64,000 bases of DNA from Blastocladiella emersonii ATCC 22665. Lineage: Eukaryota; Fungi; Blastocladiomycota. Positions 11,591 to 20,784 of this stretch are shown one piece after another (positions within the stretch are counted from its first letter, which is position 1; every line of letters begins with the position of its first letter). The position numbers and the translations under genes were made by a program. Location: the NCBI GenBank assembly GCA_025594325.1, contig JANHCV010000008.1:434001-498000 (forward strand). Reading direction: 5' to 3'. The notes below the pieces were generated by a model. It searched no databases. It was not told the DNA's origin and saw nothing but the letters and a program-made list of their open reading frames with translations.

Positions 11591-13966
11591 CTAAATATTC
11601 CCCCCAAACAACTTACTCACGCGCGCCTTCATCTTGGACGCGATCGGCGACTTGGTGTGCATCCGCGGCGCCTCGACCGCCGCGGCGACAGGCGGCGGCG
11701 CGGGGACCACGGGGCCGAGGCTTTCGGACACGCTGTACCGCGCCGCGATCGCGTCGCGCCGCTGCTGCTGCTCCTGCGCCGAGACTGCGGCAGCAGACGC
11801 GGATGCCGACGCGGACCGCGGCGGGAGCGCAAAGGGCATCTGGCCCGCGGACGACTGCGCGCTCGCGACACTGACCGTGCTGCCCGGCGGCGTCCCGGCG
11901 ATCCGCGGCTGCTGGCCGAGGTACGGCGACGTCGCGGGCGACGACCCGGCGGCCGACGATGGGTGCGGGTGGCGGTGCGGCGCGTGCGCAAGTGCGGGCG
12001 ACATGTACTGGTTGGACGCGCGCTGCGCCTGCTGCGCCTGCTGTTGTTGTGGGTGCGGCGGCTGCACGCCCGCGGCGAGCGAGGGCGACGGCGGGGTCGC
12101 GGGCGGCAGGTCGGACCCGAGACTGCTGACGCCGTTGGGCAGCGGCGCCGAGACGAGCGCCGGGTGGATGAACGGGCGCACGTGCGGCGGCAGGTGCGCG
12201 GCGGGGTTGGGCGCCGGCGAGGAGGAGGCGGGCGGCGGGAGCGGGCCGAGATTGGTGGTGCTCGGCGGCTGCGCCGGCGGCTGCGTCACGATCGCCTGCG
12301 GTGCGCCGCTGGCCTGCGCCTGCTGCTGCTGCTGCTGCTGGGCAAATGCCTGCTGCTGCTGCGCGTGCTGCTGGACGAGCCGCTGCGCCTGCGTCATGGG
12401 CTGCTGCAGCTGCTGCTGCGGGTGGGGCGGGGACATGGCGGCGGCCACGACCTGCGGCGACTGGACCATGGGCATCGCGAGGCGCTCGCCGACGTCGCCC
12501 GCGGCGGCCGTCGAGACGGACGCGACCGAGGACGCGGGTACGGCGGCGAGCGGGGCGGGGGCGGGGACGGGCGACGCGGCCGCTGCGGCAGCTGCAGTGG
12601 GGCCTCCTGGCGGCACCGCGTGCTGCATCGGGACCGGTGGTGCGGGCGACCCGGCGCCGCTGCCGCCGTTTTGCTGAGCCTTGATCCGCGACAGCGTTGC
12701 CGCAAGGACCGCGGCCTGCTCGGCGTGCGACATGCCGCCGTTCTCGGGGACAGGGATCGAGCCGGACGGCGGGGTTGCGCCGCGCGACGCGGGCGACGAG
12801 CCATTCACTGACCCCGCGGCAGCGGCGGCGTGGAAGTGCGGGTGAGCCTGCTGCTGCTGGATCTGCATGAGCTTGGCGAGGACGGCGTTGAAGACGAGGT
12901 CGTGCGGGACGTTGGGCAGGGTGAAGGCGCGGCTGAGCACGTCCGTGTCGAGGGCAGCAAAGTCGATGGCGGACCACACGGCGTGCAGCTCGTCGGGCGT
13001 CAGCGGGCGTACGATCGCGCACGTGCACAGGGATTCCTGCGACTCGTCGTCGTCGTGTTCGGTGGACGAGTCGGGCGCCGGCCCGTGCGGGTGGATCAGG
13101 CACACGCGGTGCGCCGGGTCGACGTTGCGGTCGACGTAGAGGCGGACGAGCTCGAACCGCTGGGCGGCGTCGAGCCGGCACTGCGGGTGGCCGAGCAGGT
13201 GCAGGAACGCCGGGACGGGGAGGTGCGGCAGGGCGTCCCAGCTGGCGGTCGCGTCCATGATGCCGCGCGCGGTCGCGGGGTTGAGGAGGACCTCGACGAT
13301 CTGCGCGACGAGGTCGTGCGCGTTGAACTGGACGGCCGACGGCAGGATCGCGGCGGGGTCGGCGACGACGAACCGGCCGAGAATCGACGTCGACAGCTGC
13401 AGCAGGTCGGCAATCCCGAGGTCGCGCGCGGCGCGCGTCATGCCGAGCACGTTGCGCGGGTGCACGTACGCCTGGCGGCTGTACATGTAGTCGACGACGG
13501 CGTTGGCGACGGCGTGCGGGTCGTGCGCGAGGAACGCGGCCAGGTCGAGCTCGGTCGCCGCCGGGTCCTCGAGCAGCGCGGCGCGAAGCACCGCCGACGC
13601 CGTCGCCAGCACCATGCGGTGCGCGCGCACCACGGACCCATCGGGCATGCGCAGGTCCAGGTCCGCAAAGTGCCCGCCGGCCTTGAGGTCCAGCATCACC
13701 GCGTACACGTCCTTGCAGTGCCGGCACCGCTCGAGCCGGCCGCCCATCGACTTGCCGCCCGTCGGACCGCGGCCGAGCAGGCGTGAGCCCGCGGCGCTGC
13801 CCGCGCGGCCAGAGTAGGCGGTCGTGGCGGCGGACCCGGGCCGGCCGACTTCGGCAGCCGCGGCGAGGTTGCCCGCGCTGACGCTCGCCGAGATGCTGAC
13901 GCTCGGCCTGAGCCCGCCGCCGCCTCCGATGGGCGGGGCCGAGTCGGCAGAGGGTGTTCCCATCAT
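11591..13966 (-). CDS. BTB/POZ (BACK-like) protein with a long Q/P/A-rich C-terminus
   Basis: HFADLDLRMPDGSVVRAHRMVLATASAVLRAAL...VVDYMYSRQAYVHPRNVLGMTRAARDLGIADL is a BTB domain. Likely start MMGTPS at 13966 inside the 1296-aa ORF. Confidence 0.8.
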   Translation of the reverse strand: MMGTPSADSAPPIGGGGGLRPSVSISASVSAGNLAAAAEVGRPGSAATTAYSGRAGSAAGSRLLGRGPTGGKSMGGRLERCRHCKDVYAVMLDLKAGGHFADLDLRMPDGSVVRAHRMVLATASAVLRAALLEDPAATELDLAAFLAHDPHAVANAVVDYMYSRQAYVHPRNVLGMTRAARDLGIADLLQLSTSILGRFVVADPAAILPSAVQFNAHDLVAQIVEVLLNPATARGIMDATASWDALPHLPVPAFLHLLGHPQCRLDAAQRFELVRLYVDRNVDPAHRVCLIHPHGPAPDSSTEHDDDESQESLCTCAIVRPLTPDELHAVWSAIDFAALDTDVLSRAFTLPNVPHDLVFNAVLAKLMQIQQQQAHPHFHAAAAAGSVNGSSPASRGATPPSGSIPVPENGGMSHAEQAAVLAATLSRIKAQQNGGSGAGSPAPPVPMQHAVPPGGPTAAAAAAASPVPAPAPLAAVPASSVASVSTAAAGDVGERLAMPMVQSPQVVAAAMSPPHPQQQLQQPMTQAQRLVQQHAQQQQAFAQQQQQQQAQASGAPQAIVTQPPAQPPSTTNLGPLPPPASSSPAPNPAAHLPPHVRPFIHPALVSAPLPNGVSSLGSDLPPATPPSPSLAAGVQPPHPQQQQAQQAQRASNQYMSPALAHAPHRHPHPSSAAGSSPATSPYLGQQPRIAGTPPGSTVSVASAQSSAGQMPFALPPRSASASASAAAVSAQEQQQRRDAIAARYSVSESLGPVVPAPPPVAAAVEAPRMHTKSPIASKMKARVSKLFGGNI

Positions 13967-14337
13967 GATGGTGTGTGCAGATTGTATCAAGTGCTGTAGC
14001 GAGAAGGGGGGCGTCGATGCATGGGGGGTCGGCGTCGGTCGCGAGCGGAGAGGGGGCGGGAGGCGCCTCGCTCTCAAGTAGGGTGGCTCGGTGCGCAGAG
14101 TTGCAGGCACTGCCGCTGCGACGACGACGGGAAACCGGTGGTTGCTGGCGGGCAAGGTGCAAGGCGAGGGAGAGAGGACGCCTTGAAGGGCGGTCGGCGG
14201 GTGGCACGGCGCTCGGTGCAGCGGCTTGCTGCGGCCCCCGCCATCGACGCTCGTTCTTGTTCTCTTCCCCGCGCCTCTATCGAATCGATGCCGAACACTA
14301 TGAAAAGAGTTTCTATGGTTAGGATTAATACATGCTA

Positions 14338-15889
14338 CTACTGGCACCACACCTTGAGCGTGCGGTCCTTGGACCCGGAGCAGGCGCGGTCGCCCGACGG
14401 CGACCAGTCGACGGCGTACACCTCGTCGGCGTGGCCGGGCAGGTCGCTCTTGAGCTTCTTGGTGCGCAGGTCCCACACCTTGCACGTCGAGTCCTTGGAC
14501 GACGACAGCAGCAGCCGCTCGTCGGCCGAGAACACCACCTGGTACACGGCCCCGACGTGCCCGCGCAAGTTGAACAGGAACGCGCCGCTGTGCCCGTCCC
14601 ACACCTTGACCGACTTGTCGAACGACGCCGACGCGATCCGGTGCCCCGACGGCGAGAAGGTCACCTGGTTGACCAGCGCCTGGTGGCCCGTCATGCGCGT
14701 CACCGCCTGCTTGCTCTCGGCCGGCTTCCACAGATACAGCGTGAAGTCGTCCGACCCGGACACGAGCCGCTCCGCGCCCTTGTGGCCCGTCTCGTACCGC
14801 TCGCGCGCCGCCGCGGCCGCCTCGTCGGGCGTCGCGAACTTGCGCGGGCCGGTGTGGTCGTGCGCGCCCGTGCGCAGCAGCGTCTCCGACGACAGCGCCA
14901 TGGTGTTGACCCAGTGCCCGTGGCCCGCCAGCGTGCGCACCAGCTTGCCGTCCGTGTCGTCCCACACCTTGATGGTGCAGTCGCGCGACGCCGTGTACAG
15001 CAGGCCCTCGCCGCCCCACTTGACGCACGTGATGGACTTGGTGTGCTGCGCCACCGTGTACAGCGTGCGCTTGATCTTGGTGTCCCACACCCGCACCGTC
15101 GCGTCGCGCGACGACGACGCCAGCCGCACGCACCCGGCGTTGCGGTGCAGCGGCTCCCACGCCAGCGACGTGATGGCGTCGCGGTGGCCCTTGAGCACGG
15201 CCAGCGGCGCCACCGTGCCGTCCGACTTGCACTTGGCCCGCGCGTCCCACAGGCACACGGTCCCGTCCATGCCGCCCGACGCAATCACCTTGCCGTCGGG
15301 CGACCACGCCACGCACAGCACCCACTTGGCGTGGCTCTTGAGCGTCGCCCGCGGCGTCGACGTGGACAGGTCCCAGATCCGCACCGTGTTGTCGCCCGAC
15401 CCGCTCGCCAGCGAGAGACCGTCGGGCGAGAAGTGCACCGACAGCACCTCGCCCGTGTGCCCGCTCATGGTCGCGCCACACCGCGTCACGGCGCGGACGC
15501 GGAACAGCGACTGCGGCTCGTACACGATCACGATGGTCTGCTCCGTCGACTTGCCCAGCTTCTGCACCACGTCTTTCGCCAGGCTCTCCACCACGTCCGT
15601 GTTGTCAACGTAGAAGTAGTACTTGACCAGCTCCGCGTCCTCCTTCTTCCCCTCCTATACGCACACGCGGTCGCGCGGGTCAGCGTCGTGTGGTCGGGGG
15701 GTACGTGATCGCCTTCGCGTAGAGCAGTACATTTTCCATCAACTGGTTCAGGACTAGCTCGAGCTCGTTGGCCGTCGTGCCGACGGGCAGCGACATGGGC
15801 GGGAACGTCACGTCGCCATCCTTGCTCTTGAACTGCGCGACGATCTGCTGCGTCGTCGTAGCCGCGGGTGCGGATGCTTTTGATGACAT
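14338..15889 (-). CDS. RSA4: Notchless/Rsa4 ribosome assembly factor (NLE ubiquitin-like domain plus WD40 repeats); one intron about 15657-15727
   Basis: IVAQFKSKDGD...LELVLNQLMEN|...YYFYVD (NLE domain); IVYEPQSLFRVRAVTRC; GHTGEVLSVHFSPDGLSLASGSGDNTVRIWD; LVSGSDDFTLYLW; LPGHADEVYAVDWSP..SGSKDRTLKVW. Confidence 0.95.
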
Positions 15890-16260
15890 GGTGGTGGTTA
15901 TGTGCTTCGTTACGTTGCGTGACGTGGTTGGACTTGCTGGTCAGCAACGGAGCAACCCGGCTTGCGCGAGAGGGGTGGGAGAGAGTCGCGCCTCTGTGAT
16001 TCGAATCGCGTGGGGTCACGTGACCTGTTGCCGTGCATCCCAGACCCTTGATCGTTATCATGATCAGCTGTGTCCCGTACTCGTTAAATATCTGTTGCAT
16101 TTCTTGCGCCTTTTAAATGCCTTGGAAGGGCTTACAAGCGCGACGAGAAGCGTCGATCGATCACGTGCGGATGAGAGACGCGTTGATGGACATGGCAGCC
16201 ACTCCATCCCTTGCGCTCGACTCGTGAAAATGAGTACTGTGACCTCGCTGGTCCAAAAGC

Positions 16261-16750
16261 TTGCGTAAGGGTCGACCTTGCCGATGCCTGGCCAAAACCG
16301 TGCCACCAACGTGTGCGCCCGCGCGGTCGCTGACTGGCGCAGCCAGACTACTCGCGTCGTTCTCGCGACTGCAGCTCAGCTGTAACCATGTTACGAAAGA
16401 CAGAGCAGCTGATCTCGCCGACATGAGTCCCATAGCACTCGACCGGCGGAATCGCTCAGGCAACGCGATCAGCAACGGCGGCGCAGCGGCGATCGCGGCC
16501 CAGATGTTAAGGGCGCACGGTAACTTTGCGAGGTGCACGATGGCCGACGCAGTTGAATCTACGCTCTCTACCGTAATTCTGCTTGTGTTCGCCAGACTGC
16601 GTATGTATAGGGACAGGGTCGGCCTGAGCGCGGTCGGAGTGCAGAATCTGTCGCGGAACGCGGAGCGTATGGATGCATTAGATGCCTGTGACAAAACCTT
16701 TGCGCATCTGCGTGGCCTCTTCTACTTGTGCTGGGTATTGTGGACGACGT
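16261..16750 (+). pseudogene. Degenerate RNI-like LRR remnant, in frame with the downstream Gag-like ORF
   Basis: FSRLQLSCNHVTKDRAADLA and LDRRNRSGNAISNGGAAAIAAQM match the LxLSxNxIxxxGAxAIA repeat pattern. Confidence 0.4.
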
Positions 16751-16908
16751 GGAACGACGTGGAACGGCGTGGGACGCTGCGTGAGATGCTGCGCGAGACG
16801 CGAGACGTGTCGATCAATCACATGGGCGTGCGTCATCCAGCGCCACTTGGCTCCCGAGACCGCGCTCTTGCTTCTCCGCTCCTTGAAGATACGACCCCTG
16901 CATGCGCA

Positions 16909-18351
16909 ATGACAGCGAATGAAAATGAACTTGCTGCAACGGAATCCGCAGATACTGTTCAGTCAGCTTACGCGGCGCCAGACTCTCCTGGCGAGGTCCC
17001 TTTCTTGCTGAACTCTGTGACCGTGCGACTGCAATACTTTCACGCGACTCTGTCCCATCGCCTCGCGTCCACACCGCCGCTGATGGGTCAGCAGGTTACC
17101 TTCCCAACGGGCCCATGGATGCCAGCCGCGACGGCGCCCACCATGCATCAATGGTCGCGATCCCCAGCGCGTGAGACCATCGAGGCGAGCCAAAAGCAAG
17201 CTTCTCGAACTCGCTTTCGCTCTCGCTCCCGCCCCCGTTCTACTTCCCGCAATCGATCTCGGTCGCGTCGCCGTCGCAAAGACAGCGCGTCCCCGCGGGC
17301 CAAGCGTGACATCTCGCCCCCGCGACCAAGCCGTCAGACCCGAGACTCAGCCCTTTCCCCAACTGTTTCGAACAACGAGCTCCGCCGCCGATTGGAACGC
17401 TGCCGCCCCTTGGCCAAATTCGATCCGTGCGGCCCCGAGCTTTCCTCACGGTTTCTCAGTCGCGAACTGGCCCGCTTCGTCGACGACGTTGCGTCCATGT
17501 GCGGTCCTGGGAACGTATTCCGCGGGCTCCTCCTCGCGCGTACCGAACTCGTCGTGCTGCCTGTCTACGCTTGCTACGCCATCTATTTGCGGCCCGACAT
17601 GAGCGATGCCGAGGCTCGCCGCGCGTTTCTCGACACTTTTGATCCGCAGCGCCAACCCGCCTGGCTCCGCGACTGGCGCGAGCTCGCACGTCGCCACCAC
17701 GAGTCGGTTGAGACGTTTGCCGAGCGGTTTCTTGACCTCGTTACAAACGCGATTCCGCGTAACCAAGTCGACCAGGTGCCGCACCTCAGTGCCCTGCTTT
17801 TGGACAAGCTTGGCCATGACTGTCGCGACATCGGGATTTCGACTGACGTTTACAACCGCCTCTGGAAATATCGCGCAACATTCACCTCGTTCGCGGAGCT
17901 TGCTCACAAGGCCTCGCGCGCTTCGAATATTCCCGCTCCCGCGCCGGCGGTGTTGCCGGCGCCGCCGCTGCGGGACTCGGACCCGCCGCCGTCAGAGTCT
18001 CTGGAGCAACTAAACTGTCCGCTTTGCACTGCTTTCAACAAGCAACCCCTCTATGTCCGTCGCCACCGGCTTGAGTCGTGCGTGCGCCTCCGCGACACCC
18101 AGCCATTCATTACTGCGCTCGAGTACTCTTTCTTCCTCAAAAAGATTGCAGTGCCGATCACGAAGACGCTGTCTGACGAGGCCCTGCGCGAGCTCTTGCG
18201 CGGGTATTGCGCCCGCTTCGAAGCGATGGCCCGCCCAGACCACCACGTGCTTGAGGCGATCATGTACCTTCGCGCAACTGAGCATCTTGAGCCGGGCACG
18301 CTGCAGTTTATTTGGAGGCAGATGCGAGCGATTTGGAGAGGGAAACGATGA
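16909..18351 (+). CDS. Gag-capsid-like protein 1 (480 aa): N-terminal helix, RS tract, Ty3/gypsy-type CA-like domain, CX2CX12HX4C knuckle, helical C-terminal domain
   Basis: AKFDPCGPELSSRFL...MSDAEARRAFLDTFDPQRQPAWLRDWRELARRHHESVETFAERFLDLV...LLDKL...TFTSFAELAHKA follows the retrotransposon-gag pattern. Knuckle CPLC-TAFNKQPLYVRR-H-RLES-C. AATAAA at 18375-18380 just after the stop; no pol downstream. Confidence 0.65.
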   Translation: MTANENELAATESADTVQSAYAAPDSPGEVPFLLNSVTVRLQYFHATLSHRLASTPPLMGQQVTFPTGPWMPAATAPTMHQWSRSPARETIEASQKQASRTRFRSRSRPRSTSRNRSRSRRRRKDSASPRAKRDISPPRPSRQTRDSALSPTVSNNELRRRLERCRPLAKFDPCGPELSSRFLSRELARFVDDVASMCGPGNVFRGLLLARTELVVLPVYACYAIYLRPDMSDAEARRAFLDTFDPQRQPAWLRDWRELARRHHESVETFAERFLDLVTNAIPRNQVDQVPHLSALLLDKLGHDCRDIGISTDVYNRLWKYRATFTSFAELAHKASRASNIPAPAPAVLPAPPLRDSDPPPSESLEQLNCPLCTAFNKQPLYVRRHRLESCVRLRDTQPFITALEYSFFLKKIAVPITKTLSDEALRELLRGYCARFEAMARPDHHVLEAIMYLRATEHLEPGTLQFIWRQMRAIWRGKR

Positions 18352-18529
18352 GTCTGGAACTCTTTATTGAATGAAATAAAAATACACATCGATGAAAGCA
18401 TGTTAGGGCGGCACCTCAAAGCGACTCCTTGAGCGAGGCTGCCCAGAGGCGGAACGCGACTGCGCTGCTCTTGCTCGCGCGCTCAATGAGAACGCGTCGA
18501 ACAGCGGGATCAGCGAGAACGGGGCCGTC

Positions 18530-20005
18530 CTACATGGCGCGAAGTAGGGCGACGCGCTGATCGGACTTTAAGTCGTAAACGATCCACCGGGCAAGTTCGG
18601 CTGACATGATCCACGGCTCGCCGCGCAGCGTTGTCACCTTTTGCGCAAACTCGGGGATCAGAGCGCCGTCGCGTTTCGAGACGATACACTCAATGACAAG
18701 CACCATGGTCAGCCCATGGCCGTTGACGCCGTACAGATGCGCGTCGCGCGGATAGCCGGCCATGTCAAAGTTGGAGGCAGGTGTAACGACGTCAAGGAGC
18801 TGTATGATCTGGTCGACTCCAAACGAGTCCAGGTGCAGAATCCTGTTCCAATAGTACCCAACGCGGTGTGCGTGAAGTGCATCGGTTTTGATGAGTCGCC
18901 GATTCTCAGCCATGGTACTGCAATGAAGGGCGTCCCATTCGGACTGTGAGGCGGGGACGGTGCGCGAAACCCACGGACCCTTTTCCCGCCACATCGACGG
19001 TGTCAACGGGCACCAAGGAAGCTGCTGCAACGCCGCGACAAGCACATCCGGCGTCCAGGAGCTGGAATTAAAAATCGGAAGACAATTGGCCACGACACTG
19101 GGCGACATCTCGACCCAACGGAGATCGCGAATAAACGTGTCCAACTTGTCAATCGAATCGATGGTGAGATCCGAGAGCGTACGTCCAAGTATGACGTCAG
19201 TGCTCGGGTAGCAACCGTGGCCCAAATTGATGATTTGCAACACCTGGCCAAACTGCCAGCGCATGTTAACCGCCCCCGCTTCATTGTGGCGAGGGAGGAG
19301 CTCCACCACGCGCCTGCGGACCAACTCGAGGCTGCTGACAACCTTGAACGGAGGCACCTTGTGTTCCGAAACCGTGGGCTCAAAGCTCACATGTACGCGA
19401 GCGAGCGCCAAAAGGTCCGCGGCAACGCAAGGTAGAGGAGCATTTGGCATTCCAAACGACTTGTGGCGAAGGGTGTTGAGCACGCTATAGAGGAGAGCAG
19501 AGCGGGAAAGGCCAGGTTTGCCAGCTGTGCTTGCACAATGCAGGATGAACTTGAGGCAAAACGCCCGACCCTGGAGCAGCACGCCGCGCGCTGCAAGCGC
19601 CCTGAATTTGCTCGAAAACAACGTCCCGACGTGCCTGAGAAGCAGGTTTTGAACGGTTTGAGGCGGCAAGTGCGGACAGTTGAAGACGTCCATCTCGCTG
19701 GCTTGATGTTGCAGGCAGTGGTCGAACTTGGTTTGAGAACTTTTGCTACTGTCGCTGGGCTCGGGAACTATATCTGACAACCCAAGCAGAAAGCAAAGTG
19801 CCGAAGGTGCGCGCGCGAGACAAGCTGCGTGCTGAAGATCTTCGTATTGCTCGTGAGTGATAGGCCACGGTCCGCCAGCCCAGTCAGAGAGTGCGTTCCA
19901 GCGGGGATCGGACTTGGCCACGTCCTGGCGAACCAACACACGGGCGACACTGAAAAAGTCGCACCCAAGGGCAAGCGAGTGGGTGGGGGTGCAGTTCGAC
20001 GTCAT
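18530..20005 (-). CDS. Orphan protein X (491 aa from MTSNC), function unknown
   Basis: Long uninterrupted ORF in a lower-GC block with a balanced globular composition. Converges on Gag-like 1; minus-strand AATAAA (TTTATT 18363-18368). Confidence 0.6.
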   Translation of the reverse strand: MTSNCTPTHSLALGCDFFSVARVLVRQDVAKSDPRWNALSDWAGGPWPITHEQYEDLQHAACLARAPSALCFLLGLSDIVPEPSDSSKSSQTKFDHCLQHQASEMDVFNCPHLPPQTVQNLLLRHVGTLFSSKFRALAARGVLLQGRAFCLKFILHCASTAGKPGLSRSALLYSVLNTLRHKSFGMPNAPLPCVAADLLALARVHVSFEPTVSEHKVPPFKVVSSLELVRRRVVELLPRHNEAGAVNMRWQFGQVLQIINLGHGCYPSTDVILGRTLSDLTIDSIDKLDTFIRDLRWVEMSPSVVANCLPIFNSSSWTPDVLVAALQQLPWCPLTPSMWREKGPWVSRTVPASQSEWDALHCSTMAENRRLIKTDALHAHRVGYYWNRILHLDSFGVDQIIQLLDVVTPASNFDMAGYPRDAHLYGVNGHGLTMVLVIECIVSKRDGALIPEFAQKVTTLRGEPWIMSAELARWIVYDLKSDQRVALLRAM

Positions 20006-20422
20006 TGCAGCCGCGGCAATAGTTTGGCATGAGCTGTCTAAACTGGTCCAGATGGCCGCGAGAAAGTGCAAAGGCTGGCTGAAGCCAAGGGCGGGCGGAC
20101 CAAAGCGAGAGCTCGCTGACAGCCGAGCGACAAGTTGCGCGAAGGGCGAGGGCCGCTTGCACATCGAGGTGCTTTGCAATCATGGCCTGCAGTTCAAGTA
20201 CACGTGACCGCGTTGCGCCACAGTCACCGGACGCGTGCGACCCCGCCCGCGTCACGCGCGTCACGCGCACCGCGCCGATCTCCTTTGTCATCGCCGCGGA
20301 CCGCCTCACCTCACCGAGCGACGCGTCGGCCCGCTCACATCGGACGACGCGCCTCCGCATCCCCTCTCTCTCTTGTTCCTTTGACCAGTTGCTAGTATTA
20401 GCCACCACATACAGCCTGTTGT

Positions 20423-20496
20423 CCTCTCGTGAACCTCCTCACCGTCTCCTCTTGTGAACCTCTTCACCGTCCCCTCTTGTGAACCTCTTCTCCGCC
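20423..20496. repeat. 25-bp tandem repeat, 3 copies
   Basis: CCTCTYGTGAACCTCYTCACCGTCY at 20423, 20448 and 20473 (third copy slightly diverged). Confidence 0.9.
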
Positions 20497-20784
20497 AAGA
20501 TCGCACGTCCATCGTGCCGGGCTTCCCCCCAGCCGAGTACGCTTCAACTCCTGCAGCTCTTGCGGCAAGTTAAATAGCATAACGGTTTCGTTCATGGTGT
20601 GTTTGCATCGCGGGATCTCTGGTCGTGGGAGCGGCGGCTCGCGCTCACACCCAAACAGCGTTTTGAATCCGACGCCGCCACGTGCACGTCAGGAAGTGGC
20701 GCAGCGCGACCCTGGTCCAGTTCGTTCTCGCTGCGTTGCTGCAAGCAGCCCTAGCTCATAATCGATTCGCGCCGGCTACTATAT

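Noticed and set aside
11591-15481. 1296-aa ORF as a single giant protein
   Set aside because: Its first ~500 codons are an off-frame read through the RSA4 exon and the intergenic gap. The BTB gene proper starts at about 13966.
15933-15948. RFX X-box-like palindrome CTTGCTGGTCAGCAAC upstream of RSA4; X-box sought upstream of SAXO
   Set aside because: The left half-site and spacer deviate from GTNRCC-N0-3-RGYAAC, and no convincing X-box was found before SAXO.
16040-16105. Similarity between minus-strand QQIFNEYGTQLIMITIKGLG (16.05 kb) and QRVLEDCGYRLISCKAGLVG (59.5 kb)
   Set aside because: Too short and weak to separate from chance.
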